This document shows positions 29,590-39,384 of a stretch of 64,000 nt of DNA, piece after piece. The stretch is from IMG/VR virus record IMGVR_UViG_3300042673_002246, one strand, 5' to 3'. The notes under the pieces are model-generated. The model searched no databases. It was not told the origin of the DNA and saw only the letters and a list, made by a program, of their open reading frames with translations. Both the position numbers and the translations under genes were made by a program. Every line of letters begins with the position of its first letter. The first letter of the stretch is position 1. The stretch is from a virus.

Positions 29590-30833
29590 CACTTAAACCC
29601 TGGTGGGAAAAACGGCGGGAAGAAAGGTGGGAAAAATGGCGGGAAGAAAGGTGGGAAGAACGGTGGAAAGAAAGGCGGGAAAAATGGCGGGAAAAATGGA
29701 GGAAAGTATGGAGGGAAATATGGAGGGAAATATGGAGGAGCTACCGGGCTTACTGAACCAGACGAAGCAGAGGTCTGGAATCCGTAGCTATTGGTTGCTC
29801 TTACGGTGAATGTATAGGCAGTACCGTTGGTGAGACCTGTAACGGTAATAGGAGAAGTTCCAGAGGCCTGAACGTTTCCTGGCGATGAAATTGCAGTGAA
29901 TGTTGTGGAACCAGTTCCCGCAGCTCCTGCAGTAAATGAGACAGTCACTTGAGCGTTTCCTGCAGCACCAGATACCCCAGTTGGTGCACCCGGCCTGTTT
30001 CCTGCCGTCACCGAGTTTGACGCAGCAGAAGTTGCTGAACCATACACAGAAGATGCGGTAACGGTAAATGTATATGCTTGACCTGCGGTTAAACCCGTAG
30101 CCCTAATTGGGCTTGTTCCGGTAAAGGTCAATGCCCCAGGACTCGTTGTTACTGTGTATGTGGGAGAACCAGTTCCAGTCGCGCCTGGTGTGAATGGAAC
30201 ATCAATCGCCCTATCTACGTTTTGAACAATTACAGCGGTGCCTATTGCTGGGGCAGTTGGTTTGTTCCCGGCAACTACTGAGTTTGATGCAGCAGAAGTT
30301 GCTGCACCGAACAAGTTTGATGCGGTAACAGTAAATGTGTAAGAGGTTCCAGCAGTTAGGCCAGTCACTCTAATAGGACTGGAGCCAGTTGCGGTAATTC
30401 CTTCCGGCGAAGATGTTGCCGTAAACGTTGTCGCTCCAGTACCAGCTGCACCAGCCGTATAAGCAACGTCTATAGCTCTATCTGTGTTTGCAACGATTGA
30501 TGCAGTTCCGATTGTAGGAGCACCTGGGTTTTGGCCGATTGCAACAGATGATGTGGAAACAGAATCTGATGGAACGCCATAATTTGTTGTTGCAACAAGA
30601 GAGAATGTATAGCTCGTACCAGCAGTAAGACCAGTTACTGTTATTGGCGAACTTGAGGCGGAGGCGCTAATGCTTCCCGGGTTTGATGTAGCGGTATAGG
30701 TTATTGCATCTTTACCTATATACTCAGACGGCGTAAAAGATATTGAAGCCACAGTGCCCACGCCGGTATTCGTCGCTGTGACGTTAGTTGGCGTAGTTGG
30801 CTTTTTCCCACCACTGTCTTTTATTGCTTCCAT
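29589..30833 (-). CDS. Fibronectin type III repeat virion protein with C-terminal (PPYF)3(PPFF)8 tail (cassette 2 tip)
   Basis: Four FN3-like repeats (SPI.VTGLT.G..YTF.V.A.N) followed by the Pro/Phe tetrapeptide repeat. Confidence 0.8.
   Translation of the reverse strand: MEAIKDSGGKKPTTPTNVTATNTGVGTVASISFTPSEYIGKDAITYTATSNPGSISASASSSPITVTGLTAGTSYTFSLVATTNYGVPSDSVSTSSVAIGQNPGAPTIGTASIVANTDRAIDVAYTAGAAGTGATTFTATSSPEGITATGSSPIRVTGLTAGTSYTFTVTASNLFGAATSAASNSVVAGNKPTAPAIGTAVIVQNVDRAIDVPFTPGATGTGSPTYTVTTSPGALTFTGTSPIRATGLTAGQAYTFTVTASSVYGSATSAASNSVTAGNRPGAPTGVSGAAGNAQVTVSFTAGAAGTGSTTFTAISSPGNVQASGTSPITVTGLTNGTAYTFTVRATNSYGFQTSASSGSVSPVAPPYFPPYFPPYFPPFFPPFFPPFFPPFFPPFFPPFFPPFFPPFFPPGFK
29601..29738 (-). 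repeat. 12-bp coding tandem repeat encoding (PPYF)3(PPFF)8PP
   Basis: The units differ at synonymous positions (cca/ccg/cct/ccc, ttt/ttc). Confidence 0.95.
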
Positions 30834-30836
30834 GGT

Positions 30837-31613
30837 TTATGCCGAAAGGTCTCCGATGAGCACCCAGGTGTCAGCTGCTCTTTTTATCAGCGTAGCACCT
30901 GACCACTGCGCTCGCATTTTGCGTCCAGGTGTTGCGTTAATGGTCACCCCTGAACCCTGCGTAACAGTGCACTGACCTGCCCCTGTTTGAATAACCGTGA
31001 TATGCGTTCCAGTTGCAAAAAACACCGATGAATCAGGGGGGACTGTCAAGGTATTAGCTGTGGCAACGTTCATCTCGATAATCTTATTTCTATCCGAAAG
31101 AACAAGCGTGTAGCTAGCCGCCTGAGCGTTTGTCAATGGTTCTGCTAACTTATTCCTTCCTATACCAGCGTCGGATGAAATGTCACCATCGACTATTGTG
31201 CCGTCTTCAATCATGTACGAAGTAATGACCGCTTGGTCGGTTAGAACAACCGCTGTTCCAGCAATTTTTTCTGGGTTGATTTCTGCGCCGTTGGCAATAT
31301 GAGTATCGCTAATAGCGTCATCAATAATCGTCAGTGAACCTGTGTGGAACAATTGCACGTCTCCGGATATGGCGGTTGAAGTAGCAACACCGGATGAGTT
31401 ATACATAACAATCTTGCCAGGGTCACTATCTACAAGTCTGTTGAGAGGGACGGAATCCTCGGTTAGAGACGAACCAGCAACAGCGCCCGAAGAAAACATT
31501 GCTGATGGGATTGTTACAAGAACCCAACCAGAACCGTTGAAGGTCCAGGTCTTACCCGAACTTACGTGAAGGTCGCCTGATTGTGCACCTGATGGAAAGT
31601 CAATTGCTGGCAT
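30837..31613 (-). CDS. Fibre/adaptor protein with shared C-terminal domain (cassette 2 fibre)
   Basis: Starts MPAIDFPS (ATG 31613); ends RAQWSGATLIKRAADTWVLIGDL. Confidence 0.7.
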   Translation of the reverse strand: MPAIDFPSGAQSGDLHVSSGKTWTFNGSGWVLVTIPSAMFSSGAVAGSSLTEDSVPLNRLVDSDPGKIVMYNSSGVATSTAISGDVQLFHTGSLTIIDDAISDTHIANGAEINPEKIAGTAVVLTDQAVITSYMIEDGTIVDGDISSDAGIGRNKLAEPLTNAQAASYTLVLSDRNKIIEMNVATANTLTVPPDSSVFFATGTHITVIQTGAGQCTVTQGSGVTINATPGRKMRAQWSGATLIKRAADTWVLIGDLSA

Positions 31614-31615
31614 GT

Positions 31616-34381
31616 TTAGGCCTGTGCTTCCGTCCAAGATAGACGGGCAAACACGGTTGCTGATGCCGAACCGATGTTTCTAGCAACAATATGCAGCGTG
31701 TCTGGTCCGTCTGGATATATACCTGTTGTTGTTGATGTCGTACCGCCACCAAGAACAGAGTTGCCAAGGTCACGAACGTCCTCAAGGCTAATCTGAACAC
31801 CACCAATACCACCAGTGAAGAAACCGCCAGTAACTTCACCACCGCTCACTTGAGCATCAACTGCGGAATAATCTGCAATTTGAGCCAAGCTCGAGGTAAC
31901 TGTGGTCGGTTTTGACCATGTTCTTGAAACGGTCGGAACTCCGTTGAGAATCGCCGTGATTAGAAGGTTTGACGTACTTGAAGTTGTCGTTACGTCCAGG
32001 TTGCGGAGTACGAGTTGCATTCTGTTCACCAGCTCACGCTCACCGAAAGCAGCCGATGTTCCATTATCTGCCGACGGTGACACACGTATAGCCAATAGTG
32101 CTTTTGTTGCGCCAGACGCAATCGCGATACCGGTTGTCTGGCCATATGTAAACACGAGCGATTTGTCGTCATCGAATCTTCCGTCCATAATCGCTGAGGT
32201 TCCCCAGTGAGAAATGGAAGGAGCATAAGTTGGGAATGCCAACTCAACGCCCACTGGATTTGATGCTGAGTATGTGAATGCAAGTGCCGCATTTGTACCC
32301 ATCGGAATTGCGCTTACTGTTGGGTTCGCGCCAGTTACTGCCGCGCTCAGTTTGATATTGTTTCCAGAAATTTGCTGAATAAACGTACCATCAGGCACGT
32401 CTGTTCCAGTAACTCTCTGACCAACTTGTAATCCGGAGTTGGAGGCCACTGTTCCGTCGTTGGCTCCAGCCGCAATTGTTATGGCAAGGGAAGCGTTTCC
32501 TGTTTGCTGTCTTGTTAGACCAGTGAACGTTGTAGCAGTCTTTCCTGTGTAGTTAATAAATTCATAACCAGTTGCCGTATTGAATACACACAATGTGCCG
32601 GCACTTGGAAATCCAGTCGTACTGCCAACATTCATGGTCGTTGTTTCAGAATCGGATAATGTTCCGGTTAGCTGAGTGTGTGGTGGCTGACTAAGACTTT
32701 CGTATCTTGCTGGAAGGTTTCCAGAGCGCATATACGCTTCAGCGTTTGTATTGTTATTAACTATTTTATGGGCGTACGTTACTTTTCCGTCTTTTGCCCG
32801 CATTCCCCAGCGAATAAAACCAGCACCATACCACGAATAGTCAATGTAGAACATCTGCATTCTTGAAAGGTCAACGTTGTAGCCGGAAGCTCCCGTTCCG
32901 TCGAACTTGTCTAGATTCCATTCAGCTTGTGGATACTTTGTGTCCACTGTTTTGGAAACTGAAACCATGGTTGAAGTAGAACCACGCCATGCTGGGCTAA
33001 TTGTCATCGATGTATTGCTTGCAATATCTGTAACCCTGTATGACATGCCTCGAGCAACGATGTAATCTCCGATTTCTAGCTGTCCTGCATATCTCGTTGG
33101 GAACGCTGCGTTTGTTTGAGTCACGGTGCATGAGCCATTTGTGAATGATGACTTACCAGAAATCTGGAATGTTGATGAACGTTTTACGGCCCACAACGTT
33201 TGCCCGTCAAATTCAAAGAACACTCCGTTTTGGTCGTCAAACAAACCAATTCTGTTTACGTTTCCATACCAACCTGCAACGGTAATGTAATAAGGACCAG
33301 AAGCAAGAACGTTCGTTCCAGTCGAAGTTGCTGGAGTATACGTAAATGTATTGTACCCAGTAATCGTATAAACGGTTGTTGTACCGTTAAAGATTGCCTC
33401 ATTGGCGCCAAAAATAGTTATTGTCGAGCCTGGGTAGAGGTTGTGCTTCTCTTTGGTTTGCACAGTTACCAAGTTTGTTGATGAGTTGTAGTTGAGTTGG
33501 TCCAGCTGAAGGTCTGGTTTAAGGAGCGTTCCAGATGACATCTGGATTCCCTTTCCTGACTGATAACGGAAGTAACGACGTGTTTGACGTGTGGCTAGTT
33601 CGTAGTTTGAAGTTCCATTATTTGAGAAGATAACTCCACCATCAAAAGGTCTGTGCAGGAAGTTGCCCGATGGAGCCACATATACAGATGCCGACGATGC
33701 AGTCAATGTTCCAGTTGGAGCAACTGGTGCATGATAAACAAACTGTGTTGAGCTTATAATTCTTGAAACAAAGTTCGCACCGTTTGGAGGATTTGAGCCA
33801 GATGTTGTAATTCCTGTTACAGCAACTTCGTTGCCTATCGAAAGACCATGCGGGATTGTTGTTGTCACCGTAACAGCTGTTCCAGAATATGAAACAGTTG
33901 GAGCTCCACCAATTTTTGCGTTTGTAAAAATAACACCAGTAAAAATTGCAGTTTTGTTTGCATCAAGAATTGATGTCAGTGCTCCAGTATTGACAGCTTT
34001 ACCTGTATAGGTAAATGACGTGTTGGTGGTTACAGACTCAATAAGGTAGGCACCGTTAGCAATTGATAGCTGCGTATCTCTGACGGTAATTGGTGTCCCA
34101 ACAGCAAGTCCGGTTGTGTCGGTGAGTGAAACGGTAACTGTTCTCGACGATGTATTCATCGTAATCGCAGTAATTGTTGTTACCGGACTTGACGAGTCAT
34201 AAATAAACGGGCGCGCACCTACTGTCGTTAGGTTTTCCCACTTTGAAATTTGAGTTCCGTATTCAAAGTCGGTGTCAATCAGTGACTGTGGCTGGGATAC
34301 GCGGAGCTTCTGTACTGGGTCGTACAGCACTTCCTCTGGAGTAATCGGCGTCAAGCCAGGAGGTATTTGATTAAGACCCAT
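31616..34381 (-). CDS. Large virion structural/fibre protein
   Basis: 921 aa, Thr/Ser/Gly-rich beta sequence; LRVSQPQSLIDTDFEYG, HGLSIG, YSWYGAG. Confidence 0.6.
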   Translation of the reverse strand: MGLNQIPPGLTPITPEEVLYDPVQKLRVSQPQSLIDTDFEYGTQISKWENLTTVGARPFIYDSSSPVTTITAITMNTSSRTVTVSLTDTTGLAVGTPITVRDTQLSIANGAYLIESVTTNTSFTYTGKAVNTGALTSILDANKTAIFTGVIFTNAKIGGAPTVSYSGTAVTVTTTIPHGLSIGNEVAVTGITTSGSNPPNGANFVSRIISSTQFVYHAPVAPTGTLTASSASVYVAPSGNFLHRPFDGGVIFSNNGTSNYELATRQTRRYFRYQSGKGIQMSSGTLLKPDLQLDQLNYNSSTNLVTVQTKEKHNLYPGSTITIFGANEAIFNGTTTVYTITGYNTFTYTPATSTGTNVLASGPYYITVAGWYGNVNRIGLFDDQNGVFFEFDGQTLWAVKRSSTFQISGKSSFTNGSCTVTQTNAAFPTRYAGQLEIGDYIVARGMSYRVTDIASNTSMTISPAWRGSTSTMVSVSKTVDTKYPQAEWNLDKFDGTGASGYNVDLSRMQMFYIDYSWYGAGFIRWGMRAKDGKVTYAHKIVNNNTNAEAYMRSGNLPARYESLSQPPHTQLTGTLSDSETTTMNVGSTTGFPSAGTLCVFNTATGYEFINYTGKTATTFTGLTRQQTGNASLAITIAAGANDGTVASNSGLQVGQRVTGTDVPDGTFIQQISGNNIKLSAAVTGANPTVSAIPMGTNAALAFTYSASNPVGVELAFPTYAPSISHWGTSAIMDGRFDDDKSLVFTYGQTTGIAIASGATKALLAIRVSPSADNGTSAAFGERELVNRMQLVLRNLDVTTTSSTSNLLITAILNGVPTVSRTWSKPTTVTSSLAQIADYSAVDAQVSGGEVTGGFFTGGIGGVQISLEDVRDLGNSVLGGGTTSTTTGIYPDGPDTLHIVARNIGSASATVFARLSWTEAQA

Positions 34382-34692
34382 TACGCTATCTCCATCCCGC
34401 TGATGTGAAATTTAATATCAGTTGAGTTTGCATTTCCAGTAATTGTGTCGCCAGCCGCAAGAACCTGCTTTAGGTCAAGCGAAATAACCGAATTTCCTGG
34501 TATCTCCAAGGTTGGAACAAGAGGAATTCCGTCGAGATTGAGCGAGTATGTTCCTCCAGCTACGGCGTTATTGGCCACAACAACATTAGTTACTACAGTG
34601 GTCGTCAGGGACGGCACGGTATAAAGCGTTGTCGCCGGGGTAGTGTAAACAGTTGCAGCGCCCCTGAATAGGACCTTAGCTGTATTAGCCAT
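34381..34692 (-). CDS. Small virion protein
   Basis: 103 aa, TTLYTVPS...ISGMEI; coupled to the next gene. Confidence 0.6.
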   Translation of the reverse strand: MANTAKVLFRGAATVYTTPATTLYTVPSLTTTVVTNVVVANNAVAGGTYSLNLDGIPLVPTLEIPGNSVISLDLKQVLAAGDTITGNANSTDIKFHISGMEIA

Positions 34693-34708
34693 TTATTGCT
34701 CCAGTCAT

Positions 34709-37700
34709 TTAGAACGCTCCCATGATAGACGCTACGTTGACGTCGTCGGTGCTAGTCGAGCGAGATACAAGCACCCATGAACCGTTGTAATACACAAATA
34801 CTTCGTTTGTCGTGTTTTTAAACCAGAACTGTCCGTTGGCCGGATTTTCTGGAGAGCTAGACCCAATGACTGCACCAATTCCAGAAGCACCAATTTCAAT
34901 CCAGTAGGAATCGTAATAAACAAACGTTATGGCCGAGTCCGTCTCAAACCAGAAGTCTCCATCGTCTGGGGCTGCTGGAGGGGTAGTCCCCAGCGTCATT
35001 TTTGCGCCCTGGTCAATTATTTTATAGGTGCTTCCATCTCTGGTGGATTCCCATCTATCCAGCGTTTCGTTCCATCTAATTTCAACGCTTGCGCTTGAAC
35101 CTCTGTCAATTTTTATTGCTCCGTTAAGAGTTGGAGCGCCAACCGTGCCAGCATTAAGAACAATCTCGCCGCTGGCAACATTTAGGGATGCTTGATTAGT
35201 TACTTCCTGGTTTGTTGCAAAAAGGTTAGTTACGACAAGTGTGTCGAATTGCACGGATGCACTAGTACCGACAGCTTGTCCAATGGAAATTGTTGGAGTG
35301 GCAGATTCCCCAGAGTTGTCCGTAATCGTTATACCTGTTCCAGCAACCAGATTGGCTACATAGTTGCCAGTTGTGTCGGTTCCCATTACTACGGAGTTTG
35401 GTTGAATCGCTGTCGACATTGTCACATTGCCAAGGTCGGTGAAAGTCACCGAACCAGAAACATCGCCAGAAAGCGTCAGAATTGGCGATACACCAGTAAT
35501 AACTGGGCTAGTTAAAGTTTTGTTTGTTAACGTATCCGTGGTATCAGTACCGACAAGAGTCGTTGTTGCATCTGGGAAAGATATAACCCTGTCTGCTGTT
35601 GGGTTTGCAAATGTGATTACTGTTTCAAATTCGTCTGGCGTTGAGCCTTCAAAAGTAATGCCTCCGCCAAATTTGACTTCCGGGCTTCCAGACGAGATTG
35701 ACGAAGAAGGGGTTTCGACGGGTGTGTATCTGAACTGATACGCAGACGAGACTTGGGCAACAGTAAAGCTGCCGTTGTAGCCTTCTTGTGTCGCTCCAGA
35801 AACCGTAATCCTTGCTCCGACATAAAGGCCGTGCTCGGAAAGAGTATTCACGGTGGCAAGATTGGTTCCAGCGTTATAGGTAAGGTTTCCGTTGACGGTT
35901 AGGTTTGTATTGCCTATTGAAAGGCCAGCAAACTGTGGTGAATCTCCAGAGCCAACAGATTGACCAATACTTATAGTTGGTGTTCCTGCTTCCTGTGCGA
36001 CGCCGTTTGTCAGCGACACGCCAGTTCCGGCTATAACCGAGGCAACATAGTTTCCGCTCGTATCGGTATTGAGGTCAACCAAATCAGGGACCCAGGCTGT
36101 CCCATTGTATTTCAGGAATTGATTAGCAGTTGGCGTTGGTGCAGTGACGTCCGAAAGGCCGTCTATACCATGATTGGATATTGAAGAAACTGTTGCGGCG
36201 TTTCCGGATATGCTTCCGTCCACAGAGCCAGTCACATTTCCAATCAAATTTCCAGTTACGTTTCCTAAAACGTTTCCTGTTACGTTTCCAAGAAGGTTTC
36301 CGCTAACGCTTCCAGTAACATCTCCTATGACATTTCCGGTTAGGTTTCCTGTCACGTCTCCGACATGCAAACCAGTAGACTGTCCGGCCAGTGTTCCGAT
36401 AACATCTCCGGTTAATGTTCCATAGAACCCACCACTAGCACTACCGTCTAACGCCCCAAAAACCGTTCCTGTTAAATCACCAACAACATTTCCGGTATGT
36501 GTGCCGATTAGATTTCCGTGAAATTCGGAGGCATATATATTGTTATTGGCGGTTATATCTTCAAAGAAAATCGGATTAAGCAAATCTGCTTTATCGTTTA
36601 TTTGTTCTTGAATATTTGCGCTCGCGCTACTGAGGTAATCGAGCTGGAGTTTGGTCGTTGTTAATTCAAATAGCTTGTTCAGGTCTGACGTCGTTGCTTG
36701 GAGGCCTGTTATGTCTTCGACTCCAAGACTTATGCTTGCTGAACCATCAAACAGTTTTGTTCCAATAAACACTGGCTGGGTAATTGAATTTGCCTGTTCG
36801 GCAATCCCATTTAAATAGCCAGTAATTCCTGCAAAAACAACGCTTGCGCTTGGTGCGACATCCTGACCAATTGAAAGCTGATTTCCAAATTTTGTAATAC
36901 CAGTTCCTGCGAGAATTGGTGCTGTTCCGGAAAATTGTGTAAATGATATTGCGTCTGTTCCAATGACATGTTCGCCATCGGTTCCGGTGCCAGAAGTAAA
37001 TACAAGAAATCCTTGATTTGCATTTGCCGAACCAGTCGAGACGTATAATGCGTCTCCTGCGTGTGGAGTTGCGAAATGAGTACTACCATCAAAGTCATCA
37101 GAACGAGTAAGCACCCACGGAACGGAGACGCTTCCCTGAGTTGTTACATCGTAAACTCCGTTATGGACAGCGTTTGCTTGATTTTTTACAAGAATTCTAT
37201 TTCCAGTTGAAGCATTAGTTCCATCCACGACAAGTCGCGCATTTGCTCCAGCAGTTAGAGTTGCCCCAATTCCATCAATGCTGTTGTCATAGGTCGGGTT
37301 GTTTGGCAAAGCTGCATCAGTGGCAAGTGTGGCAAATTCATGCCAGTTAATTGACGCTGCTATTCCGTCAACATAGGCTTTTGTTGCGACATGTTTATCA
37401 TCGACTGGCAGGTTGTTAATTGTTGCTTGAGCAAATGTTGGTGAAGCAGTTGTTGCAACGCTCTGGGGGATTGAAATTGTTGGCGTCGAACCAGAACCTG
37501 AGTTTCCGGTTATTGTTAGGCCTGTGCCAGCAACAAGGGACTGAACATATGATGTGCTGTCTAGTGAACCGTAAAAATAATCAAGCTCAGTCCAAGAACT
37601 AGTCCCATCACCAAGCTTTATCTTGCCAGTGTCGGACTCTAGGCCTATTTCTCCAGCGGAGAGTACTGGGTCAACCGATGTCCATGTAGCTGCGAGGTCA

Positions 37701-37729
37701 CGACGGAAAAGTATCTTTTTATACGCCAT
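34709..37729 (-). CDS. Tail fibre protein with Mtd_N/hyaluronidase-like N-terminus and G-x-[VL]-x-G repeats
   Basis: RRDLAATWTSVDPVLSAGEIGLESDTGKIKLGDG; ATKAYVD; GNVTGNL repeats; DTTGNYV modules. Confidence 0.75.
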   Translation of the reverse strand: MAYKKILFRRDLAATWTSVDPVLSAGEIGLESDTGKIKLGDGTSSWTELDYFYGSLDSTSYVQSLVAGTGLTITGNSGSGSTPTISIPQSVATTASPTFAQATINNLPVDDKHVATKAYVDGIAASINWHEFATLATDAALPNNPTYDNSIDGIGATLTAGANARLVVDGTNASTGNRILVKNQANAVHNGVYDVTTQGSVSVPWVLTRSDDFDGSTHFATPHAGDALYVSTGSANANQGFLVFTSGTGTDGEHVIGTDAISFTQFSGTAPILAGTGITKFGNQLSIGQDVAPSASVVFAGITGYLNGIAEQANSITQPVFIGTKLFDGSASISLGVEDITGLQATTSDLNKLFELTTTKLQLDYLSSASANIQEQINDKADLLNPIFFEDITANNNIYASEFHGNLIGTHTGNVVGDLTGTVFGALDGSASGGFYGTLTGDVIGTLAGQSTGLHVGDVTGNLTGNVIGDVTGSVSGNLLGNVTGNVLGNVTGNLIGNVTGSVDGSISGNAATVSSISNHGIDGLSDVTAPTPTANQFLKYNGTAWVPDLVDLNTDTSGNYVASVIAGTGVSLTNGVAQEAGTPTISIGQSVGSGDSPQFAGLSIGNTNLTVNGNLTYNAGTNLATVNTLSEHGLYVGARITVSGATQEGYNGSFTVAQVSSAYQFRYTPVETPSSSISSGSPEVKFGGGITFEGSTPDEFETVITFANPTADRVISFPDATTTLVGTDTTDTLTNKTLTSPVITGVSPILTLSGDVSGSVTFTDLGNVTMSTAIQPNSVVMGTDTTGNYVANLVAGTGITITDNSGESATPTISIGQAVGTSASVQFDTLVVTNLFATNQEVTNQASLNVASGEIVLNAGTVGAPTLNGAIKIDRGSSASVEIRWNETLDRWESTRDGSTYKIIDQGAKMTLGTTPPAAPDDGDFWFETDSAITFVYYDSYWIEIGASGIGAVIGSSSPENPANGQFWFKNTTNEVFVYYNGSWVLVSRSTSTDDVNVASIMGAF

Positions 37730-37911
37730 TAAGCATCGCCTCCGTCAGCAACCTGTGAATCGCTTGCCTCGTCAATTTCAATATTGGCAAATCCACCGTC
37801 AATTATTGCAGATTTAAATCTTTGCCAACGGAACCCGTTCCAGCTCCAGGATTTACCTGCAACAGAAAATTCGTCATTTATTGACGGTGATGAAGGGAAT
37901 ACGATTGGCAT
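37729..37911 (-). CDS. Small virion protein (FP...W.WNG..W module)
   Basis: Resembles the N-terminus of 30837-31613; TAATG coupling. Confidence 0.65.
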   Translation of the reverse strand: MPIVFPSSPSINDEFSVAGKSWSWNGFRWQRFKSAIIDGGFANIEIDEASDSQVADGGDA

Positions 37912-37973
37912 ACGGCCAATTATCTCACAAGACGGTCTTTAATCGGCTCTAATCTGTTTTTTTCGCTAGCTTT

Positions 37974-38561
37974 TTACCACCAGTTGGCGATTGAGTACTT
38001 GATGCCACTGATTACTGGTTTTGCCTCATGCCTGAATGGTGCTCCAGATGGAAAAATTACAACATCCCCTGCTACTGGCTGATATGTGAAATTTAAATCC
38101 TGAAAATACAGTTCGCCACCTTCGTAATTGTCGTTTAGGTATGCAACTGCAGAGGCGTAGCGTCTGGTTTTTTCACCATCATCAAGGTGAGATACATAAT
38201 GCTCACCAATTGCATATTTTAGTATTTGGTATCCATTTGTGGATTGGAACTTGATTGAAAGACCAAATTTTGCCGCAAAGTTTTGGACACAAGGAAGGAT
38301 GTATTCGTGAATTTTATTCGCCAGCATAACCTCTGCCGACGACTCGTCTCCCCTTTGAGTTGGCGTTGGAGTGAACATCAATTGGTTTGTTCTTACTTCA
38401 GAAACAAATACCTTCCCCTCGGTGTCAATTACTGTCGATTTAGTCCAATCGCCTCGGCTGTCTTTCGAGATGCTTAACAGCTCAGAGGCTTCTATTATCT
38501 CAGAGGGGTTGATAATTACATTTCTGTAAACACATACGCCATTCACATTGATGTACTTCAT
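37974..38561 (-). CDS. 2OG-Fe(II) oxygenase (P4H-like)
   Basis: HLDDG...NDNYEGGELYF...HEAKPVISGIKY. Confidence 0.9.
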   Translation of the reverse strand: MKYINVNGVCVYRNVIINPSEIIEASELLSISKDSRGDWTKSTVIDTEGKVFVSEVRTNQLMFTPTPTQRGDESSAEVMLANKIHEYILPCVQNFAAKFGLSIKFQSTNGYQILKYAIGEHYVSHLDDGEKTRRYASAVAYLNDNYEGGELYFQDLNFTYQPVAGDVVIFPSGAPFRHEAKPVISGIKYSIANWW

Positions 38562-38588
38562 TGCAAAACCCTTACATTCTGGTTGGGG

Positions 38589-38816
38589 CTACCACTTTTG
38601 CAAGGGGCACGTTGCTTCTTGTATCTTCACCTTTAACTTCATGAAGCATCCGCATTCTCTACACTGGCTGGTGACCGCAAGCAGGCTTGGACATTCTCGG
38701 CAAATCGAAAATCTTCTTTCTGCCTCTTCATCTGTGGTTTTTTCTATGTTTGGGTTAACAACATCCCACGGGCGTGTATCTCCAAGTTTTTTCTTCCACT
38801 CTTGATAGGCAGACAT
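38589..38816 (-). CDS. Small CxxC...CxxCGC...CPxxKW protein (DUF6171-like)
   Basis: ICRECP...CRECGCFMKLK...CPLQKW. Confidence 0.85.
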   Translation of the reverse strand: MSAYQEWKKKLGDTRPWDVVNPNIEKTTDEEAERRFSICRECPSLLAVTSQCRECGCFMKLKVKIQEATCPLQKW

Positions 38817-38817
38817 C

Positions 38818-39348
38818 TTACGGCTCTACTGTAAAATCTTTTTCAACCGTATAAAAAACATTGCTCAAGTGGGTCAGGAACCCTGCTCCAGCTTCGTTTA
38901 CTGGAACATCTAACACCAATGGGACAGTCAGCGCAGCACGTTCCGCTCTAGGCATGGCTCTAAATTCTTCCACTGTGTATCCGTACGCATGAGCTTCTTC
39001 GTTAATGAATTTCTCTTCGATGCGAAGAGCCACCTGAGTTGCAATTCCCTTCCCTCTGTGGTCTGGATGAACCAGCATCAAAAGAGGATGACGAACGCCT
39101 GCGTCGTCAACGTATCTAGCAACCACGCAAAGAAGCAGGCCGTCTCCGTCTTGTCTGTAGAGCGTGAAATAAACATCTCTAGGATTATCGTCGCCAAAAA
39201 CAGATGGAATTTTTGTTGGTTCAATAAAATCCCTATACCCAGGAATACCAAATTCACCGAATTTGTTTTCCCAATTAAACCAACCTTGGAATGTGTATTC
39301 TGGCTCTGTTGGTTCTCTTGGTGTCCAGATTTCTTCAGCGTTGCTCAT
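38818..39348 (-). CDS. GNAT-family acetyltransferase-like protein
   Basis: VHPDHRGKGIAT acetyl-CoA motif A. Confidence 0.7.
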   Translation of the reverse strand: MSNAEEIWTPREPTEPEYTFQGWFNWENKFGEFGIPGYRDFIEPTKIPSVFGDDNPRDVYFTLYRQDGDGLLLCVVARYVDDAGVRHPLLMLVHPDHRGKGIATQVALRIEEKFINEEAHAYGYTVEEFRAMPRAERAALTVPLVLDVPVNEAGAGFLTHLSNVFYTVEKDFTVEP

Positions 39349-39384
39349 GATTAAATCCTACTGCATTCCTGATTGTTTGTTCGA

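Noticed and set aside
29562-29809. GGKN/GGKK and other + strand repeat ORFs
   Set aside because: Antisense readings of the PPFF repeat; the operon context is on the minus strand.
34709-37729. Diversity-generating retroelement suggested by the Mtd-like N-terminus
   Set aside because: No reverse transcriptase and no TR/VR pair differing at adenines was seen in the window.
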